The translations under genes and the position numbers were made by a program. From IMG/VR virus record IMGVR_UViG_2932675082_000001, positions 13,620 through 77,619 of that record: DNA of 64,000 nt. One strand, written 5' to 3'. The stretch comes from a virus (lineage: Duplodnaviria > Caudoviricetes). The first letter of the stretch is position 1. Each line of letters begins with the position of its first letter. The notes beneath the pieces were generated by a model. The model searched no databases and was not told where the DNA came from. It worked only from the letters and a program-made list of their open reading frames with translations. Positions 1 to 9,146 of the stretch are shown here, piece after piece.

Positions 1-154
1 CTGCTCGGGTACCGGCTCGAAGCCGGCGATCGGGGTGGGCCAGTCGACCAGCTCGCCCGGCGCCACGGTGGCGGGGATCGCGGGGATGTCGACCGGGGCG
101 TCGTGCAGGGATCGCTGCAGCACGCGGTGCCTCCGGGGCGCAAAAAGGGGAGTG

Positions 155-640
155 TCAGCCGGTGAACTCGGCGTCGTCGGCGAAGTAGGTGATCTCGGCG
201 CGGAACTCGGCGTCGGCCGGGACAGTGGCGGCAGGGTCCTCGAACCGCACGTCCACCCAGTGCGGGCTTTCGGCGACGGAGCGGAACCGGCCGCCGTGGG
301 AGTGGTCGCCGGGAAAGGCGCCGATGCGGGCCAGGACGTCATCGACTGCGGAGTCGAAAGCCCGCTGGTCGGCCTCGGAGGTGCCGCTTCCGCTGGACAG
401 CGGCCACACCAGCTTGAGGTGGAACTCGTAGGTGGCCATGCGGCGCTGGTTGGCGAACCGTTCCTCCCGGATGGTGCGCCGCAGCACGAAGACGTTGGAG
501 CCGCGCCGACCCGGGGTTCGGGGCATGTATGCCTGGACGTTCTGCCACTGGCCGCCAGCAGTGGTCAGCAGGGCGGGGAGGCCGTCACCGGACGTGGTGA
601 GCCAGGCGACCTCGCGGTCGACAGCGTCAGCCGTGGACAC
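155..640 (-). CDS. Putative head-tail completion/tail terminator protein
   Basis: Good RBS (AGGAGGAGG) before GTG; position downstream of the head-tail adaptor; function from position only. Confidence 0.55.
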   Translation of the reverse strand: MSTADAVDREVAWLTTSGDGLPALLTTAGGQWQNVQAYMPRTPGRRGSNVFVLRRTIREERFANQRRMATYEFHLKLVWPLSSGSGTSEADQRAFDSAVDDVLARIGAFPGDHSHGGRFRSVAESPHWVDVRFEDPAATVPADAEFRAEITYFADDAEFTG

Positions 641-643
641 CGC

Positions 644-1360
644 TCACCTCCTCCTGCGCCTGCGCCACGTTCTTGCGCGGTGGTGGACGAGCGTGCGGCG
701 CCGGTAGTGGCGGTGGATGGAGCGGGTCGCGCGGCGGCGGTGGTAGCGCACCTGCAGCGTCTTGAGGGAGGCGTTGCGCCGGGTGGCACCGGGGTGGCGG
801 GCGTGCGGACGGTGCGCTCCCGGGTGACGGCCGGGGTGTGTGCCCGTGTGGCGGGCGCGGTGGGCGTGCAGGCGGTGGGTGTGTGCCGCGCTGGCCTTGC
901 GGCGCCGGTGGGGGGATCCGTGCTTCCGGGCGGAGGCGTGGCGGTGGCGCGCCAGGTGATGCCGCGGGTGCGTGCCGTGCCGCGGATGCTTGCGGCCCTT
1001 GAGTCGCGCGGAGATCTTCGCCCGGGCCGCGGCGCTGAGCCGGTGCCCGGCATGATGGCGGCCCCGCAGCCGGGCCGAGATTTTCGCCCTGGCCGCAGCC
1101 GACAGCCGATGCCCCGGATGGTGCCGGCCGCGGAGCTTCGCAGCGATCTTCGCGCGCGCCGCCGCAGACAGCTTGTGGCCCTTCGGATGACGACCCCGCA
1201 GCCGCGCCGAAATCTTGCCGCGGGCCGCAGCCGACAGCCGGTGCCCCTTGTGCGGGTGCTTCTTGCCCCGCATCCGCGCCGACAACTTGGCCCGTGCCGC
1301 AGCCGACAGGTGCCGGTGCGACGCGCCCCGCATCGCCTGATGGCGGCTCGCCCAGGCCAT
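644..1360 (-). CDS. Extremely basic Arg/His/Lys-rich protein with five NUMOD3-like repeats (H-R/K-LSAAARAKISARLRG)
   Basis: ATG overlaps upstream TGA; repeats conserved at protein level with synonymous DNA differences; no Asp or Glu in 238 aa. Confidence 0.75.
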   Translation of the reverse strand: MAWASRHQAMRGASHRHLSAAARAKLSARMRGKKHPHKGHRLSAAARGKISARLRGRHPKGHKLSAAARAKIAAKLRGRHHPGHRLSAAARAKISARLRGRHHAGHRLSAAARAKISARLKGRKHPRHGTHPRHHLARHRHASARKHGSPHRRRKASAAHTHRLHAHRARHTGTHPGRHPGAHRPHARHPGATRRNASLKTLQVRYHRRRATRSIHRHYRRRTLVHHRARTWRRRRRR

Positions 1361-2022
1361 CAGCGCCTCGTGTACGGGGCGAGCATCTCCAGGGCGTCGG
1401 CGCGCAGAGCATCTGGGTCGTGGCCGCTGCGCCCGTCGACCGGGTCGAGCTGCTTCACGGCCATGGACGCGGCCATGTACTGGCAGGCCTGCACCAGATC
1501 AGCGGGCACCGTGCCGTAGCCGCCCCCGTACGTCACCAGGATCGTGGTACCGGGCGGCACGAACGTACCCAGCTGGAAACGCACGTGGCCGGTGTCCGGC
1601 TCGTACTGCACCGTCGAGGTGTTGACGGTCTGGGTGCCCGAGTACGAGCGGGCCAGGCTGAGCGCGGTGATGCTGCCCGTCCACATCTCCGGGTACCGCG
1701 GCGGGAACTCGCGGACCCAGAAGTGGCGCACCAGCAGGGTGGATCCGAGCGACTGCGCGCGGGAGAAGCCGAGCTGACTGGTGGGGTCGAGCGGCACGTA
1801 CGCGTCGAGGGCGTCCTCGACGTCCATGGCCTCGGCGCGCAGGGTCTCGGTGACCCCGGTGAACGGTGCGAGGCGGCGGTCGCATGCGGACTCGCAGGCG
1901 CGGGTGGCCTGCAGCATCAGGTTCGACTTGGCCTGTGTCGAGTACCCGGAGACGAGGTTCGCGAACGGCCCTTCCGTGAAGTTCGCGACACTGGCGAGCG
2001 GGGTGGGGTTGTCGACGGCCAC
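1360..2022 (-). CDS. Putative head-tail adaptor/connector
   Basis: Position after capsid; VTYGGGYGTVPADLVQAC motif typical of gp6-like connectors. Confidence 0.65.
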   Translation of the reverse strand: MAVDNPTPLASVANFTEGPFANLVSGYSTQAKSNLMLQATRACESACDRRLAPFTGVTETLRAEAMDVEDALDAYVPLDPTSQLGFSRAQSLGSTLLVRHFWVREFPPRYPEMWTGSITALSLARSYSGTQTVNTSTVQYEPDTGHVRFQLGTFVPPGTTILVTYGGGYGTVPADLVQACQYMAASMAVKQLDPVDGRSGHDPDALRADALEMLAPYTRR

Positions 2023-2053
2023 GGTTCACTACCTCTCACGCCAGGGCGGGTGT

Positions 2054-2314
2054 CTACTCGGTGGCGGCCTGCTGGTCGGGCGTGCGGCGGGTGTACTTGC
2101 GCTTCGGCGGCTCGGTGGCATCCGGCGGGCCGGGCGCTTCCTCGGCCTCGGCCGGCTGCGTCACCGCCATGTGCGGCACGTGCTCGAACCCGGCGTCCGG
2201 GATGGCCAGCAGCTCGACCGCCAGCTCGTCCGGCACCTCCACGACGTCGTCCGGCGTCGACCAGGTCAGGCCGCCTGGCGCCGATCCTGGCGCGTTCTTC
2301 TTGCGGAGCTTCAT
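2054..2314 (-). CDS. Small hypothetical protein after capsid
   Basis: ATG at 2314 (MKLRKKNAPG), coding-like codon usage. Confidence 0.55.
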   Translation of the reverse strand: MKLRKKNAPGSAPGGLTWSTPDDVVEVPDELAVELLAIPDAGFEHVPHMAVTQPAEAEEAPGPPDATEPPKRKYTRRTPDQQAATE

Positions 2315-2391
2315 CGGGGGCGAACCCTTCATCGTGTTGAAGTCGGCCGTGTGGCGGGCGCCCGCCCTCTCACAGCGGGCGCCCGGGGGTG

Positions 2392-3753
2392 CTACAGGCT
2401 CGCCGACAGGCGGGAGAGCCGGCCGACGTACTTCGGCGCCCGGCAGGCGAGCGTGGTGTCGGTGACCACCGCGAACGGCAGGGTGTCCGGGGCGGTGACG
2501 GTCGGCGCGAGCGGGATGATCTGCATGTCGCGCGTGTACGGGCGGACGAGGAAGTTCTCGTCGCGGGGCACCAGGTAGACGTCTTCCTGCGGGGTGTTGC
2601 CGGTGCGCGGCAGGGCGCCGGTGTTGGTGCCGACGTAGGCCGACGGGCCGGTGTTGCCGGAGGAGTTGGTGAGGAGGTTGGCGCCGGTGTCGATGATCGA
2701 CGTGGTGGCGGTGCCGGTGGTGTCGAACGCGTCGACGGTGCCGATCAGGGATTCGGTGCCGGTCGCGGTGGACCGGTAGACCTTGTACATGATCGGGGAG
2801 AGGCCGTCGGGCAGGTTCGTCGGCGTGGAGAAGCTGAGGGTGACGGTGCTGGTCGAGCCGGTGGTGGTCTGGGACACCTCGGCGGCCGACAGGATCTCGC
2901 CGAAGCGGGCGACGACCGCGGAGACCCGGTAGTAGTACGTTGCCGCCGCCAGCGAGCCGCCGGTGGTGGCGGTGGCGGTGGAGACGGTGCTCATCTGCGC
3001 GCTTCGGGTCGACAGGAACGACGACTTGACGATCGGGATGTCGCGGTACGTCGGCACGTTGAGGCCGGCGCCGATCGTGGTCGTCGGCGCCTGGAAGCGC
3101 TGCTGGGCGACGAGCGACTGGCCGACGGCGGACGCCATCCTGGGGCTCATGACGAACATGTAGTTGCTGCCGATCGGCATCGCGGCGTTCGTCTCGACCA
3201 GGTCGATGAGCTGGTCGAGGTAGTGCAGTGCGAACGACGCGTTGATGTCCAGGGCGTTGACGAACGCGTTGGAACCGGTGCCCGCCGACCAGTTGGACAC
3301 CAGGTAGTCCAGGCCGGAGCTGATCGGGTACTGGCCGTTGGCGGTGGCCGGGTCGTTGCCCCAGATGAACGAGTTCTCCAGCGTCCACAGCATCGACGAC
3401 ATGGTGCCGTCGAGTTCGAGCTGGCGCAGGTCGCCGACGATGTCGCGGGTGACGACCTGGGCGTAGCCGGTGACGGAGCCGACGGCCTGGTAGAGCCGGA
3501 CGTTGAAGACGGCCTGCTCGTAGGTGCTGTTGCCGATCGGGCGGGCGCCGCCGTCGACGACGCCGCCGCTGTCGGGCCGGTTGGTGCGGCGGTTGAAGAA
3601 GTACTGAGTCGAGTTCCACTGCTTCGTCGGGATCGCGGCGAGGAGCGGCGCGTACCGGCGCTGGTACTCCAGCAGCAGCGGGGAGATCGACTTGGGGATG
3701 AGGGGGGAGACGGTCCCCGCGGTGGTGATGGCTTCCTGCAGCTCGTTCGGCAC
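2392..3753 (-). CDS. Major capsid protein with an inserted Thr-rich Ig/FN3-like domain
   Basis: Position after scaffold, strong RBS, HK97-like segments, internal TYYYRVSAV...YKVYRST beta domain. Confidence 0.8.
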   Translation of the reverse strand: MPNELQEAITTAGTVSPLIPKSISPLLLEYQRRYAPLLAAIPTKQWNSTQYFFNRRTNRPDSGGVVDGGARPIGNSTYEQAVFNVRLYQAVGSVTGYAQVVTRDIVGDLRQLELDGTMSSMLWTLENSFIWGNDPATANGQYPISSGLDYLVSNWSAGTGSNAFVNALDINASFALHYLDQLIDLVETNAAMPIGSNYMFVMSPRMASAVGQSLVAQQRFQAPTTTIGAGLNVPTYRDIPIVKSSFLSTRSAQMSTVSTATATTGGSLAAATYYYRVSAVVARFGEILSAAEVSQTTTGSTSTVTLSFSTPTNLPDGLSPIMYKVYRSTATGTESLIGTVDAFDTTGTATTSIIDTGANLLTNSSGNTGPSAYVGTNTGALPRTGNTPQEDVYLVPRDENFLVRPYTRDMQIIPLAPTVTAPDTLPFAVVTDTTLACRAPKYVGRLSRLSASL

Positions 3754-3837
3754 CGGAAGCTCCTCCTGTCATGCGAAAGCCCCGCTCGGCGTGGCCGGCG
3801 GGGCGTTGGTCTGTGGGGGTTGGGGGTGCTGCCGGTG

Positions 3838-5400
3838 CTAGGCGGCGGGCTTGGGAGTGACGCCGAAACTGCCGAGGATGGCGTCGGCTCGGCTGGCCCA
3901 CATCTCCTCGCTGGTCGGCTCGGCCGGCTGGTCGGACTCGCCGACGCGGTAGCCGCGGCGTCCGGGGGTGCCGAACTCGCGCAGGAACTCCTCGCGGAGC
4001 TCGTCGCGCAGGGCGGTCTTGAGGGCTTCTCGCTCGCTGACGGCGTCGGTCTGCGGGGCGGGGGCGGCAGTCTCGGTGACGCCGTCCTTCGCGTCGTCCT
4101 TGCGGGACTCCTTGGCGGTCTTCTTGGCCTTGCGGGACTCCTTGAGGCCCTGCTTGACCGGCTCCAGCTGCTCCTGCAGGGCGTTGCTGAACACGGCGCC
4201 GAGGGCCTGGATGTCGGCGTCGGTCAGGGACCGGGCCGGGGCCGCGGTCTCCTGGGTGGTGGGCTCGCTCATGGCGGGCTCCTCCTCCTGTGTGGTGGGT
4301 GCGGCCTCGCCCTGTCCGGGCAAGGTGGTCTCGGTGGTGAGGGCGGGTGCCAGCGGGGTGGATTCGGCGGCGGGCCTGGGAGGCGCGTCTGCCGTCTCCT
4401 TCGACGCGGGCTTGTTCGCCTGCGCGGTGTCGCCGTCGGTGTCGGCGGCGGGGGCTCCGGCGATGTCGATGTCGGCGTCCATGTCCGGGTCCATCGCGGC
4501 GAGCGCGTCGCAGGCGGCCTGCATGGCGGCGGCGGTGATGGTCCGCAGCTCGGCGGGGTCGATGCCGCACGCGCGCAGCGTCAGCGACACGGGCCCGTTG
4601 TAGGCGTCGACGCAGAATCCGGCGGCGCCGGCGGGCCCGTCGGGGTAGTACTCGCGCACGTCCGAGTAGCGGGTGGTCTCCTGCATGGAGCCGTCCTCCA
4701 TCCAGTGAGGGGGGATCAGGTCGTTGTGGCCGAGGGCGTGGGCGCGTTGCATGACGTGCAGGCGCCCGGCGGGTGTGTCGGCTTCGCGGATGGCGCGGCG
4801 CACGCCGGCCCGGCTGCGGATCGGCGGCCCTTCCTCGCTGACGGCCTCGACCAGCGCTTCGGTGGACTCGCTGATCGGCGTACGGCCACCGGAACTCTCG
4901 CTCGCGCCAGAGGCGTCCGGCGTGTAGGAGGCAGTGGTCACGGAGGCGCCGAGCACGCCGGGTGTCGCCGTGAAGTCGAGGGCGTCGATCTCCAGGCCGT
5001 CGGCGGTCGTGACCTGCTGGCCCTCGTGGGTGATTCGCCGTACGGGACCGGTCCAGTAGCCGTGGATGCTGACCGACCGCAGCGCCGGGGCCGCGCCCTT
5101 GGCGGGGACGACGAGGGCGGCGATGTCCCGGCCGTGGCTGGTGTCGTACAGGGCCGCCTTGTAGGTGGCGGATCCGTCCTGCTCGGTGGTGACGTCGGTG
5201 AGGCGGCCGACGATGCGGGCGGAGTCGTCGCCGGCGTTGTGGTGGGTGCGCATGACGATCGGCAGCCCGTCGGGATCGGCGATGCGCTGGCGCATCGTCT
5301 CGACGGCAGAAGCGATGAGTTCAGGGGTGTAGAGGCGCCGGTTGCGGGAGACGCCGGGGCGCAGCATGGTGCCGGAGATGGTGGCGATGGTGCCGGGCAT
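3838..5400 (-). CDS. Prohead protease/scaffold fusion
   Basis: Start MPGTIATISG; GVSRNRRLY, THH, SVSIHG and LDFTATPGV protease-like motifs, then a low-complexity scaffold region. Confidence 0.7.
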   Translation of the reverse strand: MPGTIATISGTMLRPGVSRNRRLYTPELIASAVETMRQRIADPDGLPIVMRTHHNAGDDSARIVGRLTDVTTEQDGSATYKAALYDTSHGRDIAALVVPAKGAAPALRSVSIHGYWTGPVRRITHEGQQVTTADGLEIDALDFTATPGVLGASVTTASYTPDASGASESSGGRTPISESTEALVEAVSEEGPPIRSRAGVRRAIREADTPAGRLHVMQRAHALGHNDLIPPHWMEDGSMQETTRYSDVREYYPDGPAGAAGFCVDAYNGPVSLTLRACGIDPAELRTITAAAMQAACDALAAMDPDMDADIDIAGAPAADTDGDTAQANKPASKETADAPPRPAAESTPLAPALTTETTLPGQGEAAPTTQEEEPAMSEPTTQETAAPARSLTDADIQALGAVFSNALQEQLEPVKQGLKESRKAKKTAKESRKDDAKDGVTETAAPAPQTDAVSEREALKTALRDELREEFLREFGTPGRRGYRVGESDQPAEPTSEEMWASRADAILGSFGVTPKPAA

Positions 5401-5600
5401 CAGCGTCCCCTTCCGGTCTGGCGCAGTGGCGGGGTGATGGTGGGGCGCGGCCTGCGGGCGCGGGCGGTGGTGAGCAGGCGCAGGATGGCGGCGCGGACGT
5501 CGGGGTCGTGGTCGATCGCTTCCGCCAGGGCGGCCGTGAAGTCGGCGTGTTCGACGTCGTCGGTGGTGATCGCGCGGGGGCGTCTGGGGCGCTCGTACAT
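5400..5600 (-). CDS. Small hypothetical protein
   Basis: Translationally coupled to the next gene (TGATG). Confidence 0.5.
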   Translation of the reverse strand: MYERPRRPRAITTDDVEHADFTAALAEAIDHDPDVRAAILRLLTTARARRPRPTITPPLRQTGRGR

Positions 5601-5606
5601 CGCGGT

Positions 5607-6065
5607 CTACCTGCCGATGACGGAGGCGGAGAAGGTGATCGCGGTCGGCGATCCGGTGGAGGTCCAGCCGAAGCGGGCGGTGCCGGTCAGGACGGCGGTG
5701 GCGATGCCGGTTGCGGCGGGGAACGGGCCGATCTGGACGCTGGTGGCGCCGGCCGAGGTCAGTGCGGTAGAGGTCCACACCCGGTACCACACGGAGTCGG
5801 CGCCGAAGCGGTCGATGAAGTACGTCACGCTGGGGCTGGTGCCGCCGGTGAAGGAGGTGAGGGTGATGTCGACGGCCAGCGCGGAGACGGTGCTGGTGAG
5901 GAACGATGTGCCCGTGTTGGTGACGGCCTGGGCGGCGGACACGTAGGTGAGGAACGTGGTGAGGGTGGAGGCGGCGCTGCCGTCTACCTTGACCGCTCCA
6001 GCTCCGGTCAGGGCGAGGGCGTTGCCTGATCCGTCGGCCAGCGTGACCGCAGGGTAGGTGGACAC
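5607..6065 (-). CDS. Beta-rich Ser/Thr-rich putative virion (decoration) protein
   Basis: GAGGAGG RBS; composition; location in head module. Confidence 0.5.
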   Translation of the reverse strand: MSTYPAVTLADGSGNALALTGAGAVKVDGSAASTLTTFLTYVSAAQAVTNTGTSFLTSTVSALAVDITLTSFTGGTSPSVTYFIDRFGADSVWYRVWTSTALTSAGATSVQIGPFPAATGIATAVLTGTARFGWTSTGSPTAITFSASVIGR

Positions 6066-6076
6066 CGGATTCCTCC

Positions 6077-6817
6077 TCAGGCAGGGGCAAGGCAGCAGCG
6101 GCAGTTGGGGTGCTGCGGGAGCCGTGGGGCAGCGAGCAGCGGATATGGGCTGCCGGTTTCGGCGTCGGAGCAGGCCTGGCAGACGCGGCCGTCACCGGCG
6201 GTCATCCAGTCGACCGACTGCCGCCCGGCGGAGTAGTAGGCGTTGAGAAGGCCGAGGCCGTAGGCGGCGGACACGGCGACGTCGATGGCGAGTGCGAGGC
6301 TCAGCCCGTCGCGGACTGTGCGGGTTGCCGTGTCGGGGTCGCCGGTATCGGCGAGGATCCGGCCGGCTCGCCGCGCGGTCGCGGTGACGGCGGCGGTGAG
6401 GGTGGTGGCGGCCGTCATGTCGGCCTGGGTGTCGGTGAGGTCGGCGCCCGCTACGGTGTCCACGCTGTCGTCGTCGCTGTAATCGGCGTCGTCGTCCGGT
6501 GCGGTGGCCAGGTGGCGGCCGGCGGCGAACCCTGCCCGGTGGGCTCGGATCGCGGCGGCTCGGATCGCGGCGCGGGTGTGCAGGAGGGGCCAGGCGGCCA
6601 GGGCGGCGAGAACGACGGCTGTGGCGGCCTCGCGCTCGTCCCGGCTGGCCGACTCCAACGTCCATGCCTGCGGCCGGTCCACGGTGAAGTCGGCGGTGTC
6701 CTGCCGCCAGGCGGCGAGGACAACGTCGTCGGCGGTGCGGTGCAGGGCCTGGCGGCGGGCGTAGACGGGCCGCCAGGCGCCGCGGGGGTCGGAGAGCTTG
6801 ATCGTGGGGTTGCCCAC
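6077..6817 (-). CDS. MuF-like minor head protein
   Basis: C-terminal WMTAGDGRVCQAC...PQHPNCRC signature. Confidence 0.85.
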   Translation of the reverse strand: MGNPTIKLSDPRGAWRPVYARRQALHRTADDVVLAAWRQDTADFTVDRPQAWTLESASRDEREAATAVVLAALAAWPLLHTRAAIRAAAIRAHRAGFAAGRHLATAPDDDADYSDDDSVDTVAGADLTDTQADMTAATTLTAAVTATARRAGRILADTGDPDTATRTVRDGLSLALAIDVAVSAAYGLGLLNAYYSAGRQSVDWMTAGDGRVCQACSDAETGSPYPLLAAPRLPQHPNCRCCLAPA

Positions 6818-7178
6818 CGCGTCTCCCCCTTATCAGCCGATCTGCTTGCCGATGAGCGGTGCGACGTCCTGCGCACGGGTCGGGTGTCCACCCACAGCTG
6901 TCACCCCCTTCTATGCGGCGCAGGGGACGAGGAACTCGTCGGGTTTGCCGAGACCGAGGCGGGCCATGTAGATCTGCACCTCCGCCTCGGTCGCGAAGCG
7001 GATCCTGGCCCCGCCGCGGTGCGCGTACCAGCGGCACTCGAAGCCGCCGAGTGCGTCCGGGTCCTCGACCTCGTCGGTGCCCCGCACGGGGGTGAGCGGC
7101 GGGTAGTGGCCGCGTTCGCAGTCCCGTGCCAGCGAGGGGACCGGTTTGACCGTGCCGCAGTCCGCGCACCGGTACCGG

Positions 7179-9146
7179 TCAGCCGCCGATGCGGGCGAGT
7201 GCCTCGGCGAGGTGCTGCCGGTAGAGGTCATCCCAGGTCTCCTTCTCGGATTCCTCGCGGTGGAACTGGCTGGAGTGGATTTGGTCCCACTGGCCGTGGT
7301 CCTGGTGGACGGTGCCGACCCAGGCGTAGATCGGCTCGCCGCGCTTGCGGTAGGCGAGGGCGCGGTGGTGGCCGTCGATGATGACGAGCTTGGGGTTGCC
7401 CGGGGTTTTGATCAGCACGACGGGCTTGGTCCGCCCGCGCTTCTTGATCTGCTTGACGAAGTGCTTGACGCGCTTCGGCTCGCGGCTCGCTGCCCACTCC
7501 GCTTCGTGGGAGAAGTCGACCTCGTCGAGCGGCACTGGCTGCGGGCCGGTCCATGACGCGGACAGGACCCAGTCGAGGACCGCCGGCGGGTAGTTCTGCA
7601 GCAGCTGGTCACGGACCCGCTCGGCGAGCGGCCGGTCGTCGGCTTCGGCCAGGGACTCGCGCGGCGCCTCGCCCTGGACGGCGTCGTTGGCCAGCCCCGG
7701 CTTGTCCTCCGGGTTGGTCGTCGCCCCAGCAGTGGCTGGGTTGTTCGGGTCAGTGCCGTCGATACTGGGTTGGGTGCGCACGCCGGGCACCTGAACGCCG
7801 GCCGCGACACCGGGGGCGGCGGCCTTCGCGACCTGCGCCTCGGACATGCGGACCATGTCGGCCCACAGCACCAGGTTCTGCCGGTCGACCAGGACGGCGT
7901 CGTCTCCGCCGTCGACGGGCGGCTCGCCGATCTCGTCGCGGTAGCGGTTGAGGGTGTAGGAGCCGTTGCGCAGCCGGATGTCGCGGATCTCCTCCACGAC
8001 CTTGCTGTCGCGGTAGTCGATCTCCGAGAACTCCAGGTGCCAGTCCGCGATCCCGAAACCCTCCTGGAGGAGGTGGAAGTTCAACTTCTCCAAGATCAAG
8101 TTCGCGATGGGGATGACCGTGTTGACCCTGAACGTTTTGTCCTGCTGCTCCCCGGTGCCGCCGCCCAGGTTCCCGGATTCGATGATGCCGAGCTTCGCGG
8201 GCGGCGTTCCGAAGCAGGCGATGATCTCGTCCCGCAACTGCCTGGTGGCGTCCAGGTAGTCGGTGACCTTGCGCGGGTCCAGCACCTGTACGCCGCCGCC
8301 GGCGGTGGTGATGACCGGCGTGCCGACGGCCTTCGGGCCGAGGTTGTGCACCGTGTACTGCTCGCGCCAGCGTTGAACGTCGGTGTCCTGGTAGTGCGCG
8401 AGGTCGACGTGCAGCCTGGGCGGGTCACCGCGCCGGCCGCACTCCTTCAACGTGGCCTCCCAGAACAGCCACGCCGTCACCGGCAGCAGCGCCTTCTGGG
8501 CGGGGGAGACGCCGTACAGGCCGCCGCGCGGCGCGTCCATGCTGATGTGGATGACATCCCGCGGAGCGAACGTCGTGCAGCGGACCCCGTCGACGTCCTG
8601 CCGGTAGCCGGTCACCTCGCCGTGCTGGTCGGACAGCACGGTCATGGTGGTGGCGTCGAGGGTGTACAGCGCGACCGGCTCGCCCAGGAGCCAGACGATC
8701 TCCAGGTAGGCGTCCCCGAACAGGAGCAGGTCAGTTGCCACGTTGCGCAGCAGCTGCACCATGTCCTCGTGCGGGTTGGTGAACCGCAGCAGTCGCCGCA
8801 GCCGGACGACCTCCGGCGGATCCGGAGGCAGCTCCCCTTCGGGGATGTCCTCGTTGGAGACGATCTGTAGGCCGCCGGCGGTGACGGTGCGGGCGATCAG
8901 GTCGATCGGGCTGCTGACCCAGATGCAGGTGAGGTAGGCCTGGTGGAGCTGGGTGAGGATCTGCTGGCGTTCGGAGGTGGCGGCGACCTGCGCGCTGCTG
9001 GAGGCGTTCCCGAGCGGGATGCCGTATTCATAGCCGCTGCGGCGGACTTGGGCGGCGGTCGGCTGCTCCCGCGATTCCTCCACCGCCACGGGCTCAGGGG
9101 TGGGGATGCGCCGGAATGCGCCGGTGATGCGGCTCAGAACGCCCAC
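7179..9146 (-). CDS. Portal protein with C-terminal ParB/Srx-like domain
   Basis: LLLFGDAY, YGVSP, IIACFGTPP and TLNRYRDEIG portal motifs; C-terminal KPVVL...IIDGHHRALA. Confidence 0.85.
   Translation of the reverse strand: MGVLSRITGAFRRIPTPEPVAVEESREQPTAAQVRRSGYEYGIPLGNASSSAQVAATSERQQILTQLHQAYLTCIWVSSPIDLIARTVTAGGLQIVSNEDIPEGELPPDPPEVVRLRRLLRFTNPHEDMVQLLRNVATDLLLFGDAYLEIVWLLGEPVALYTLDATTMTVLSDQHGEVTGYRQDVDGVRCTTFAPRDVIHISMDAPRGGLYGVSPAQKALLPVTAWLFWEATLKECGRRGDPPRLHVDLAHYQDTDVQRWREQYTVHNLGPKAVGTPVITTAGGGVQVLDPRKVTDYLDATRQLRDEIIACFGTPPAKLGIIESGNLGGGTGEQQDKTFRVNTVIPIANLILEKLNFHLLQEGFGIADWHLEFSEIDYRDSKVVEEIRDIRLRNGSYTLNRYRDEIGEPPVDGGDDAVLVDRQNLVLWADMVRMSEAQVAKAAAPGVAAGVQVPGVRTQPSIDGTDPNNPATAGATTNPEDKPGLANDAVQGEAPRESLAEADDRPLAERVRDQLLQNYPPAVLDWVLSASWTGPQPVPLDEVDFSHEAEWAASREPKRVKHFVKQIKKRGRTKPVVLIKTPGNPKLVIIDGHHRALAYRKRGEPIYAWVGTVHQDHGQWDQIHSSQFHREESEKETWDDLYRQHLAEALARIGG

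Noticed and set aside
2389-5946. 1185-aa plus-strand ORF and similar long antisense ORFs across the window
   Set aside because: Shadow frames of high-GC genes on the opposite strand; no motifs or RBS
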